A stretch of DNA of 32,000 nt from a cyanobacterium endosymbiont of Braarudosphaera bigelowii (lineage in GTDB: Bacteria > Cyanobacteriota > Cyanobacteriia > Cyanobacteriales > Microcystaceae). The notes under the pieces were generated by a model. The model did no database searches. It was given only the letters and a program-made list of their open reading frames with translations, and had not been told where the DNA came from. Positions 18,853 through 27,640 of the stretch are shown here, one piece after another (the first letter of the stretch is position 1; each line of letters starts with the position of its first letter). The stretch lies in NCBI RefSeq assembly GCF_020885515.1, contig NZ_AP024987.1:1350001-1382000 (forward strand), given 5' to 3'. The position numbers and the translations under genes are program-made.

Positions 18853-18904
18853 ATAATTCAAGTGTTTAATTATCGGTTAAGTGATAATTAAACACTTGAA
18901 TTAT
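18853..18904 (+). terminator. Perfect 22-bp inverted repeat (hairpin, 8-nt loop) 12 nt after the kinase stop
   Basis: ATAATTCAAGTGTTTAATTATC (18853-18874), loop GGTTAAGT, GATAATTAAACACTTGAATTAT (18883-18904). Checked base by base with no mismatch. No U-tract follows, so it is a terminator, processing site or insulator of uncertain type. Confidence 0.5.
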
Positions 18905-18924
18905 CAGGAAAAGTATGTTATGAT
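18896..18924 (+). promoter_or_regulatory. Putative sigma70-type promoter of tRNA-Leu (TTGAAT-17 nt-TATGAT)
   Basis: -35 TTGAAT at 18896-18901 lies inside the right arm of the 22-bp hairpin. A 17-nt spacer and -10 TATGAT at 18919-18924 follow, 16 nt before the tRNA 5' end. The -10 hexamer and distance match the predicted tRNA-Val promoter. Confidence 0.35.
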
Positions 18925-18940
18925 TATTGCTGAAGTAAAA

Positions 18941-19021
18941 GCGGACGTGGCGGAATTGGTAGACGCGCTAGATTTAGGTTCTAGTGTCTTTGGCGTGAGA
19001 GTTCGAGTCTCTCCGTCCGCA
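18941..19021 (+). tRNA. trnL: tRNA-Leu (anticodon UAG), type II with long variable arm
   Basis: 81-nt hand fold: acceptor GCGGACG/CGTCCGC, anticodon stem CTAGA/TCTAG with loop TTTAGGT, long variable arm, T arm GAGAG-TTCGAGT-CTCTC, discriminator A. No intron. Confidence 0.95.
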
Positions 19022-19051
19022 TAGGAAATTAACTACATCTAAATATAATAG

Positions 19052-20806
19052 CTATTCTTCGATGTCTCTAACAGATAGAATATCTATATTCCAAAATGCT
19101 CCTCCTAATGGAGAATAGTTGATACCTATAAAACGATCTTTAACTGCAGCAAAAGAGTAAGGATTAACCAGATAAATAAATGGTAAATTCTCTGAAACTG
19201 TTTTTTGAGCTTCTGCATAAATATCTTTTCTCTTTTCTATAGAAAGTTCTTGGGAACCAGCCACATATAAATCTTCTATTTTTTTCTCCCATCCTGATAC
19301 TACTCTTCCAGTAATTAAACTTGAATTAGACTGTAAATCTTGATTAAACATGTGAAGATTACCATCTGTGTACCAAACATTCGGAGAATGCGGTTCATTT
19401 CCTCCTGTTAAACCAATAATATTAGCTTCCCAATCCAAAGAATTACTCAATTTATCTATTAATACATTAAAAGCAAGAGGACTAAAGTTAACTTTTATTC
19501 CTAATTCTTTTAAATCTTCTTTTACTTGTGCTCCAATAGCTTCTCGAACTTTATTTCCTGCATTAGTTATTAAGTTAAATTCTATACGATTTCCATTTTT
19601 ATCTAATAAATTAGAGTCTTCATCATATTTAAAACCTTCTTTGAGTAATAAATCTCTAGATTTTTGAACATTATAATCATATCCTTTGATTTCCTTATCA
19701 TAATAAGGAGATTGTGTTGAAATTTGAGTATTTTGAAGACTTCCCAAGCCTCTATAAATATTGTTTATTATTCGGGTTCTATTAATTCCATAAGCAATAG
19801 CCTGTCTAAAATTTTTATTGTTAAACCAACTAGATTTAATGGGATCTACTAAAAATTTTCCATCTCTTTCACCTTTATTAAGATTAAATGACATAAAGTT
19901 TGTACTATAAGAAGGTCCTCCATTATAAATAGTAAAATTGTTACGCTTTTCTTCTCTTTTTAAAAGAGAAAAATATTCGGGCGTAACACTAATAGAATCT
20001 AATCCTCCAGATCTAAACTGTAATAATGCAGTGTCAGTAGACTCGACAATCTCCCAAATAACATTTTCAATATTAGGTAATTGAGATCCTTCGGAATCTT
20101 TTTTCCAATAATAAGGATTTTTTTCAAAAATAATTCGCTGACTAGTGATATATTTTTTAATTTTAAAAGGACCATTAACAATAATATTTTTAGGAGGAGT
20201 GTCAGTTCCCCAGGTTGATAAAAATTTTGGATTTCCTTTTTCGTCAACATCTTTTACAGTTTCAAGTAGAGAATGGGCAGGCAATATGGGAAGCTGAGCA
20301 TTATCTAAAAAGGGGGCAAACGGTTCAGAAATTTTAAACTCAATATGTTGTTGATCAACTTTTCTTATAATTGGTAAATCTCTACTTTTTCCCACTCTAA
20401 AATTATCTCGATAATTGTTAGGAATTTTTTTGTTAAGGTATAGGTTGTTATATGTAAAAATTACATCATCTACAGTTAAGTCTTCACCATCAGACCATTT
20501 AAGATTTTTTCTCAATGTGAATAAAATGCTTAATTTATCATCAGAAATTTTCCAAGACTTTGCAAGTGCTGGTTCTTTCCTACCAGTAATTGGATTCTCT
20601 GTAATTAATCCTTCATACGTCAATGAAAAAATATTTGGAGATTCCTGAGACAGAACAGCGTTAAAGGTCTTAGGGTCACTTAAAACAGATAAAACAACTT
20701 GATTCTTATTGTTATTTACAACACAAGCATTAAGTTGTAATAAACATATACTTGCAAAAATAATCAATAACCAACGTAGAAAAATAATATATTTTTTTTT
20801 GTACAT
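19052..20806 (-). CDS. ABC transporter substrate-binding protein, family 5 (oligopeptide/dipeptide/nickel type), probable lipoprotein
   Basis: ~584 aa with SBP_bac_5-like features (LTYEGLI, KWSDGEDLTVDDVIFTY, NPYYWK). I start it at MYKKKYIIF (ATG 20804-20806), giving a signal peptide that ends in LQLNAC (lipobox-like Cys), rather than the ORF-track start 20836. Confidence 0.85.
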   Translation of the reverse strand: MYKKKYIIFLRWLLIIFASICLLQLNACVVNNNKNQVVLSVLSDPKTFNAVLSQESPNIFSLTYEGLITENPITGRKEPALAKSWKISDDKLSILFTLRKNLKWSDGEDLTVDDVIFTYNNLYLNKKIPNNYRDNFRVGKSRDLPIIRKVDQQHIEFKISEPFAPFLDNAQLPILPAHSLLETVKDVDEKGNPKFLSTWGTDTPPKNIIVNGPFKIKKYITSQRIIFEKNPYYWKKDSEGSQLPNIENVIWEIVESTDTALLQFRSGGLDSISVTPEYFSLLKREEKRNNFTIYNGGPSYSTNFMSFNLNKGERDGKFLVDPIKSSWFNNKNFRQAIAYGINRTRIINNIYRGLGSLQNTQISTQSPYYDKEIKGYDYNVQKSRDLLLKEGFKYDEDSNLLDKNGNRIEFNLITNAGNKVREAIGAQVKEDLKELGIKVNFSPLAFNVLIDKLSNSLDWEANIIGLTGGNEPHSPNVWYTDGNLHMFNQDLQSNSSLITGRVVSGWEKKIEDLYVAGSQELSIEKRKDIYAEAQKTVSENLPFIYLVNPYSFAAVKDRFIGINYSPLGGAFWNIDILSVRDIEE

Positions 20807-20918
20807 TGTATCTAAGCAATTGATTGGTAACACCATCTAGAATATTGATAAAGTAAAGATATGTAAATAGAATAAAAGAATATCTGACTAAATAAGCTCT
20901 CTTTTTACATAACTTCAA

Positions 20919-21944
20919 TTAATATTTAATGCGAGGATCAATATAGGCATTAACTAAATCAACTAATATACTTACGGAAACTACAATTACGGAGAAAAAA
21001 ACTATAATTCCTTGGACTGTCGTGTAATCTCTCGCAGCTATTGCTTGATATAGGCTATTTCCTAATCCTGGCCAAGAAAAAGTTACTTCAGTTAGAACCG
21101 CGCCACCTAATAAAGAGGAAAAAACTAGGCCTAAAATAGTAACAACCGGGATAAGAGCATTTTTTAAGGCATAAAACAATATAATTCTATATTCGGTGAT
21201 ACCTCTAGCTCTGGCAGCCTCAACATACTTAGTTTGAAGAGTATACCGAAGATTTAGCCTTACTGTTCTCTCGAAAATACCACTGAGTAATAAACCTAAA
21301 GTTATACAAGGTAGTATTAAGTGATAAGCAGAAGTAAAGAATTGGTAGACATTACCATTTAGAAGACTATCTATAGTATAGATTCCTGTTATTTTATCAG
21401 GAGGAATCTTATCTAGTGGAAAACGAGTCCCAAGAGGAAGTAACTTTAGTTGAACTGCAAATATTAACTGAAAAACCATCCCTACCCAAAAAATTGGTAA
21501 AGAATAAGATATTATCCCAAATAATCGACTGATTAAATCTATTACAGTGTTAGGGTTTAATGCTGATATAGTTCCTGCAATTATCCCAATAATTATTGCT
21601 ATAATCATACTATATATTGTCAATTCGGCAGTAGCAGGAAAGTGCTCTGTAATTATTTTCCACACAGGCTGTCCCTGGTTAACAATAGAATTACCTAAAT
21701 TTAAAAATAAAAGTTGTTTTAAATAGCTTAAGTATTGGAACCAAAGCGGTTGATTTAATCCTAAAGTTTCTCTTAAGTTCTCTTTCGCAAACTCTGGGGC
21801 ACGATTTCCCAAAATTGCATCAGCTGGATCTCCTGTTGCTACTCTTAAAAGCAAAAATACTAAAGTAACTATTGTCCATATCATTACAGGAGCAATAAGT
21901 AAGCGAACAAGAACATAGTTTTGTATTGCTTTTAAACGAGACAT
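20919..21944 (-). CDS. ABC transporter permease (DppB/OppB-like, BPD_transp_1)
   Basis: 341 aa with ~6 TM helices and an EAA-like loop (YVEAARARGITEYRIILFYALKNALIPVVT). It lies directly upstream of the substrate-binding protein gene. Confidence 0.9.
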   Translation of the reverse strand: MSRLKAIQNYVLVRLLIAPVMIWTIVTLVFLLLRVATGDPADAILGNRAPEFAKENLRETLGLNQPLWFQYLSYLKQLLFLNLGNSIVNQGQPVWKIITEHFPATAELTIYSMIIAIIIGIIAGTISALNPNTVIDLISRLFGIISYSLPIFWVGMVFQLIFAVQLKLLPLGTRFPLDKIPPDKITGIYTIDSLLNGNVYQFFTSAYHLILPCITLGLLLSGIFERTVRLNLRYTLQTKYVEAARARGITEYRIILFYALKNALIPVVTILGLVFSSLLGGAVLTEVTFSWPGLGNSLYQAIAARDYTTVQGIIVFFSVIVVSVSILVDLVNAYIDPRIKY

Positions 21945-22450
21945 TAAAATAAATAACAGCGAATATTTTTATAGATATTCTACTATTCTAAAGGTTTTAA
22001 TTTATTTTAGTAACTCTTTAGGCATCAATTTAAGATGCTTTAATTTATTTCTAGAATTTTTAATTCATTAAGTTTAAAATAAAAAATTAATTTTTATTTT
22101 TTAACGACCATGGATTGAAATATTTTTTATAAAAGTAATTAAGTTATATCAAGCTTGTACAAATATTCTTTCTCATTCACAATCTTTTAAAAGATATGTA
22201 ATAAAAGTGGAGAAAATAGGCTTTGTGTATTAAATTGAAGAAATTACGCTTAAATTTTAAATAAATTCCTATTTTTATATTTAAGAATATATAGTATCAA
22301 TATATAAATAATACTGAATATATGACAATAGAATTTAGCTTGTTTGAGAACTTGTTTATTCAAGTCTTAAATGAAGAAATTGATAAAAATAGTTAGAATA
22401 TAAGACTAGTTTAAGATCTAGAGCAAGAAACTTACCTCTCGGTATGCTCC

Positions 22451-23584
22451 ATGGCAGCATTTTTCAATAATCAATTTAAAGTTTTAATTCGCCCTCTAAA
22501 GTATGAGGATCTTGATTGGCTAGAGATCCTAGATGTTGAAGCAATCCAAGTTCAACCGAGTTTAGGTTATATTTCTTTTCAAGAGGAATTAAGACAAACA
22601 AGGTACTGGTTTAGGTTAATAGAAATCTTTAATTGGCTTCCTAATTTTTTGGGAAACTACCGTAAAGTATACATCGCAGAATTATTCAACATTTCTGGTA
22701 ATTCAATATTAAAAGGATTTATTCATATCTCTCCTTTTAATATAAACTTAAGTACTTGGCGAATTGAAAGGATTATAGTTGTTTCAGACAAAAAACAACA
22801 GGAAAAGTTGAGTAACTCTGAAGAACTTAGAGCTCAACTACTACGTTATTGTTTAGAAATTATATGTGAAGCACGAACTTGGATTTTAGAAGTTGATATT
22901 AATCGAAATGATTTCCTAGCTCTATATCGCCAAAATGGATTTCAACCTTTAGCTAAACTTACTTATTGGTTATTAGATTCAAAACTACTTTGGACTTTAT
23001 CACAACAAAATTCAAATATTCCTAATCTTTTACCTGTTAGTAATTCTGATGCACATTTACTATATCAATTAGACTGTGTTTCCATGCCTCCTTTATTACG
23101 TCAGGTCTTTGATCGTAATTCCCAAGATTTCAAAACATCTTTGTCAACATCAATATTTACAAAATGGCAACAATGGTTTTTTGACAAGGAAATAGCGAAG
23201 GGTTATGTTTTTGAACCTCAAAGGAAAATAGCGATTGGTTATTTTAAGTTAATTTTATCGAAGAGTAACTTTCAATCACATCAGGCATATCTAGTTATTC
23301 ATCCTGCATATACTTGGCTTTACCCAAAGTTATTAATACAAATATCACAAATTGTTCAAAAATATCCTAATCAAAATTTAGAGATCGTCTCAGCAGACTA
23401 TCAAAATGAAAGAGAAAATTATCTAAAAGAACTTGGAGCAAATCGCCTTAAACATACTTTATTGATGTCACGTTCTGTATGGCATAAGTTTAAAGAAGTA
23501 AAAACAAACGAACTTTATTTATCTGAAATGCTGCAAGGATTACGTGTAGCCCCAAGAAATCCTATTCCTAATAGATTTTTATAG
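22451..23584 (+). CDS. Conserved hypothetical protein with two degenerate GNAT (acetyltransferase)-like halves
   Basis: 377 aa. Half 1 runs IRPLKYEDLDWLEILDVEA...LALYRQNGFQPL. Half 2 runs VFEPQRKIAIGYFKL...YLKELGANRLKH. Neither half shows a clear Q/RxxGxG/A acetyl-CoA motif, so the assignment is by general pattern only. Confidence 0.55.
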   Translation: MAAFFNNQFKVLIRPLKYEDLDWLEILDVEAIQVQPSLGYISFQEELRQTRYWFRLIEIFNWLPNFLGNYRKVYIAELFNISGNSILKGFIHISPFNINLSTWRIERIIVVSDKKQQEKLSNSEELRAQLLRYCLEIICEARTWILEVDINRNDFLALYRQNGFQPLAKLTYWLLDSKLLWTLSQQNSNIPNLLPVSNSDAHLLYQLDCVSMPPLLRQVFDRNSQDFKTSLSTSIFTKWQQWFFDKEIAKGYVFEPQRKIAIGYFKLILSKSNFQSHQAYLVIHPAYTWLYPKLLIQISQIVQKYPNQNLEIVSADYQNERENYLKELGANRLKHTLLMSRSVWHKFKEVKTNELYLSEMLQGLRVAPRNPIPNRFL

Positions 23585-23845
23585 ACTGAAATGTTAGCAA
23601 GATTTTTCAACAAATATTGTTTAAAAAACATTTTATTTTTAGTTTTTTGAGTATAAACAGAAAAGATCCAAATTAACTTTCCGTATTTTTTATTCGATCA
23701 TATTAATGATATAAGTCATTAATTAGTTTAAAAGATCAAGAAAATAGGAATTAAACATTTGCATAATATTACATTTTTCTTAAAAAATATAATATTGTGC
23801 AAATCTTATTAAATTATTGAGATAATATAAAGTCTTATTCTTATT

Positions 23846-24208
23846 TTGGTATTGAAATTTATCGTGTCCCAACTTACTCTTAATTTAGCTCAAGGATCCA
23901 TAAAATTTAATTTTCCCTTTGAAGATGCACAGGCTCTAAAAGTAGAAATTGACAACTTAATGCAAAGACTGAAAATAGTTGCATCGAAGATTAACAATGG
24001 AGAACAAAAAAAGGCAGAAGAATCTCTAGACTACCAGTATAGAGGGGAAGTGTTGGTAGAAATTTTTTGTAATCCCAATATTTATCCTACTCCGTTTGCT
24101 GCAAAAGTATTACTTACTATTCGAAATGAAAAAATTCGTTTTAGTACAGAAACAGAACTAACCCGAATTGTTGATGATTTAAGACAATATTTAGAACAAT
24201 ATAGATAA
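23846..24208 (+). CDS. Hypothetical 120-aa soluble protein, no family recognised
   Basis: This is the only long ORF in the interval and its composition looks protein-like (predicted helix EDAQALKVEIDNLMQRLKIV and C-terminal helix LTRIVDDLRQYLEQY). The start is uncertain (TTG 23846 or in-frame GTG 23864) and no obvious SD is present. Confidence 0.45.
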   Translation: MVLKFIVSQLTLNLAQGSIKFNFPFEDAQALKVEIDNLMQRLKIVASKINNGEQKKAEESLDYQYRGEVLVEIFCNPNIYPTPFAAKVLLTIRNEKIRFSTETELTRIVDDLRQYLEQYR

Positions 24209-24224
24209 TTAGCCATACAGATAA

Positions 24225-24250
24225 TAGTAATATAGATAACTATATTACTA
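24225..24250 (+). terminator. AT-rich hairpin 17 nt after the 120-aa ORF stop
   Basis: TAGTAATATAG / CTATATTACTA, an 11-bp perfect stem with the 4-nt loop ATAA. It lies in the spacer between convergent genes. Confidence 0.3.
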
Positions 24251-24306
24251 GTTTAGCCTTTTCAAACGAAATATCAGTTAAGTATTTACATAAAGTCCAT
24301 AGTCTT

Positions 24307-24333
24307 TTAGAAAATTATAATTTTCTAATTTTT
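24307..24333. repeat. 22-nt perfect palindrome TTAGAAAATTATAATTTTCTAA followed by TTTTT
   Basis: Self-complementary, checked base by base. It lies between the convergent 120-aa ORF (+) and the UPF0182 gene (-). It could be a weak bidirectional terminator, but the stem is almost all A-T. Confidence 0.3.
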
Positions 24334-24378
24334 ATTCTAAATATTCAAATAAATACTAAATATAATTATATTTCTACT

Positions 24379-27273
24379 CTATTTAGAAAGAGTTGACATA
24401 TTCATTCTTGTTTTGAAAATAGAGTTTAATGCTTCATTCAAAGTCTTTGCCATAACAACTTTATTTTCATAAACAACTATTACTCTCACTAAAGTTGGTA
24501 AACTATTTTTTTCTGCTTCTAAATATAATGGTTCAACATAAAGTAAAGACTGTTCTTTAAAAAAAGGAATTACTAAAAGATTTCCTTGTATAACTCTTGA
24601 TTTCTGCCTAGTCCATAAAGATATTTGTTGAGAAATAACTGGATCTTGACTGATCAATGCTTCTATTTGTTCTGGTCCATAAATAATTCTTTGCTTAGGC
24701 AATCTAAATAATAACATTTCACCATAGTTGTTTTCATCTGAACGAGCAAATAATCCAGCAATTAAGTTATTACGGCTAGTAGGAGTATAAACATTAAATA
24801 ACATAAACTCTGGTGTATCATTTATTAAACTTATCAATAAATAATAAGGTTCTATAGGTTGTTGATTTTCTCCATAGATCTCTTGAGGAATTCGCCACTG
24901 ATCTTCTCGATTATAAAAAACCTGAGGATCTGTCATGTGATAAGTTAATAATCTCTCTGATTGAACATTAAACATATCTTTTGGATAGCGTATATGATTT
25001 TTTATGAAAAGAGGTATTTCTTGAAATGGTTTAAAAAGGTTAGGAAATATTTTACTCCATGTTTTGATTAGTGGATCATCTGGATCGATTACGTACAAAC
25101 TAACATCTCCATCATAAGCATCAATAACAATTTTTACTGAATTACGAATGTAATTAAAAGTAGAATTCCCTGGTTCAGAATAAGGATAACGATTACTAGT
25201 TGTGTAAGCATCGATCATCCAGTATAGTTTTGTTTCCTTTAGATTATTATTTCCTACCTGCACTTTGGTTGTTACTAAATACGGATCGTTATCAAAAAGA
25301 AGAAATGGAGCAATTGTTCTTATCCTATGATTGATATTACGACAAAAAATTAGTCGAGTATCTGGAGTAAAATTACGGGTAAATATCATTTGCCAGTCTC
25401 TTAGATAATTAGCAAATAAAACTTTCCTAACCCAGTTTTTAATTTTAATTCCTCCTTTACCATCGTAGGTGTTATAAACATTATCTTGACCACTAGGAAA
25501 ATCTAATTCTTGGACTTCTGTATTAGTCATGATATAAGTATTAGTTGATTCTCCGAAATAAATTCTAGGATTATCAATAGGAATTTCTAATTCATTATTA
25601 AAAGTTTGTAAGTTTCTTATTCTATTTTTTGTATCAATATTTTGTACAGAATAAAATGGTAATCCACCTTCATCTACTTTATTTACTGGTGATAAAGTAA
25701 ATCCATAGCCATGAGTATATACTAAATGTTCATTGACCCAGGTTTTTGCAGGTTCTGGTACTGCTTCATACTCTAATTCCCGAGCTGCAATTAAAACTTG
25801 TTGTTTCACGATTTTAGATAAATTATTATCTGCTACTAGTGAGATTGAATAACGATCAATATCTGCATCGTTAAATTTATAATAAGGCCGAAGTTGTTGT
25901 AGTTGTCGATTAGTTTGTAATAAAGGACGAGGATCCCATAAACGAATGTTATTAATAGTAAGACGGTTTTCGTCTAAAAATTTTTCAGTTAAGTTTCCAG
26001 TTCCATGAAAAGTTTTAATTTTGATTTTATCAAGATTAAAAGCTCGACGAGTTGAAGCAATATTGCGTTTTATATATGGTATTTCTCGAGCCAATTCATT
26101 AGGTTCTACAATTAAACTCTGCACTATCTCTTGGCCAAACCAAGTAATAGGTAAAATAGCTATATATATGAACAACGGAGAATAGTAAAAAATACTTTTT
26201 GTATTATTTTTTGTTCCTCGAAATAATAATAATAAAGAGAAAATAACTAGTATGATCGCTGTTAGTGTATAAATAGGAATAAGAAAATAAATATCAGTAT
26301 AACTAGCCCCAAAAACAACTCCTCTAGAAGAATATAGTAATTCATACCTAGCTAACCAATTATGAAATGCAACATCTAATGCAAATAGACCACCTAAAGT
26401 AAATATATGGCGTAGTTGTTCTTGAGAGAATCCTATAAATCGACCCGATCTTAGACTATTAGCTGCCATAAGATAAGTTAAAACAACATAGATTAATCCA
26501 AACAAAAACAAACCGCTTAACCAGAAATCAATTAATTTCCAAAATGGAAAACTAAAAATATAAAAACTAATATCTTTACCAAATTGAGGATCGGCTTCAC
26601 CAAAAGGAGTAGAATATAAATATTGTAAAACCCGAGACCAATTACTTGACAACGTCAGACCCAATATTAAGCTAAAACTTAAAGACGTTACTCTAAAACA
26701 AAGATTTATATTCAATAAAATTACAAATATAGTTACTCCGATAATCCCAATTTTCCATAATTGATTTACTTCTTGCAGAATAAATTTAAAATTAAAATCC
26801 AATGGAGATAAGGAAGGTATCATTGGTATCTCGTTTTGTAGAGGAAAATTAGAGATCCAAGAATTATAAGCGACTTCACCATAATATAAGATTATTAACC
26901 CTATCACTCCCCCTAGTCCTATAACAATGCAAATTAAATAGAATAATCCTAGGGAAGGAGAAGAAGGATACCGATCAAGCTTTGTAAATTGAGATTTATC
27001 TTGGGTGTATATCTCATAGTCTTGAGAAGGATTACTCCATTTATAATATTCTGCTTGATTTAAATTTATAAATAAAAACCATATAGAACAACTACTAACA
27101 GATATTAATAAACCTAATTTCCAAAAAATCTGCTTAAAGAAAACCTCTAGATAGCCTACTTCCTCAAACCAAAATTTCTCTACAACGATGTAAGAAGATA
27201 GTTCACAAAGACATCCAAGAACTAATATCAGTAAACCAAGTCGAGTAAAATAACGTTTTGAAAATTTTATCAT
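24379..27273 (-). CDS. UPF0182-family large membrane protein (function unknown)
   Basis: 964 aa. About 8 N-terminal TM helices are followed by a ~570-aa soluble region with motifs such as NIRLWDPRPL, YTHGYG and LYWMIDAYT. These match my recollection of UPF0182 proteins of cyanobacteria and actinobacteria. Confidence 0.75.
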   Translation of the reverse strand: MIKFSKRYFTRLGLLILVLGCLCELSSYIVVEKFWFEEVGYLEVFFKQIFWKLGLLISVSSCSIWFLFINLNQAEYYKWSNPSQDYEIYTQDKSQFTKLDRYPSSPSLGLFYLICIVIGLGGVIGLIILYYGEVAYNSWISNFPLQNEIPMIPSLSPLDFNFKFILQEVNQLWKIGIIGVTIFVILLNINLCFRVTSLSFSLILGLTLSSNWSRVLQYLYSTPFGEADPQFGKDISFYIFSFPFWKLIDFWLSGLFLFGLIYVVLTYLMAANSLRSGRFIGFSQEQLRHIFTLGGLFALDVAFHNWLARYELLYSSRGVVFGASYTDIYFLIPIYTLTAIILVIFSLLLLFRGTKNNTKSIFYYSPLFIYIAILPITWFGQEIVQSLIVEPNELAREIPYIKRNIASTRRAFNLDKIKIKTFHGTGNLTEKFLDENRLTINNIRLWDPRPLLQTNRQLQQLRPYYKFNDADIDRYSISLVADNNLSKIVKQQVLIAARELEYEAVPEPAKTWVNEHLVYTHGYGFTLSPVNKVDEGGLPFYSVQNIDTKNRIRNLQTFNNELEIPIDNPRIYFGESTNTYIMTNTEVQELDFPSGQDNVYNTYDGKGGIKIKNWVRKVLFANYLRDWQMIFTRNFTPDTRLIFCRNINHRIRTIAPFLLFDNDPYLVTTKVQVGNNNLKETKLYWMIDAYTTSNRYPYSEPGNSTFNYIRNSVKIVIDAYDGDVSLYVIDPDDPLIKTWSKIFPNLFKPFQEIPLFIKNHIRYPKDMFNVQSERLLTYHMTDPQVFYNREDQWRIPQEIYGENQQPIEPYYLLISLINDTPEFMLFNVYTPTSRNNLIAGLFARSDENNYGEMLLFRLPKQRIIYGPEQIEALISQDPVISQQISLWTRQKSRVIQGNLLVIPFFKEQSLLYVEPLYLEAEKNSLPTLVRVIVVYENKVVMAKTLNEALNSIFKTRMNMSTLSK

Positions 27274-27596
27274 TATATGAAAATTAGAATTTTAAATATA
27301 AAAATTAAAAACTAAAGAGGGAGTAAAGATTAATATCTCTATATACAATCGTGATAATATCTTATTACTTATTTATTAATACATAGTACTAATATTTGTA
27401 AATATTATATTGCTACCTGATTATTTATAATTATTGTTTATTAAAATGTTTAGTCAATTGCTAACTTAGTAAATTAAGGTTATAAAGTTATTAAAAAATA
27501 TATTAATACATTGGTTTTCAAAAGTTTAGATCATTAAAGCGATTTTTGAGAGAAAGAGTTATGCATAGTTATATATTTTGATTAACTATAAAGAAT

Positions 27597-27640
27597 ATAC
27601 AAAAAAGTTTTCTATTTTTAGAATAGAAAACTTTTTGTAT
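27597..27640 (-). terminator. Putative intrinsic terminator of rpoC1
   Basis: Hairpin 67 nt after the rpoC1 stop: 15 perfect bp (27602-27616 / 27622-27636), a 1-nt bulge, then 4 more bp, with a 5-nt loop. On the minus strand it is followed by ATTCTTTAT. Confidence 0.5.

Noticed and set aside
19368-20918. ORF-track entries 19368-19667 (+), 19999-20250 (-), 20415-20648 (+) and 20730-20918 (-)
   Set aside because: All overlap the family-5 substrate-binding protein gene in other frames or strands (the last also covers its 5' region). They are shadow ORFs in AT-rich sequence.
22322-22396. 24-codon micro-ORF (MTIEFSLFENLFIQVLNEEIDKNS) in the permease/GNAT divergent spacer
   Set aside because: It looks like a possible N-terminal fragment but has no SD and no recognisable family. 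It cannot be distinguished from chance.
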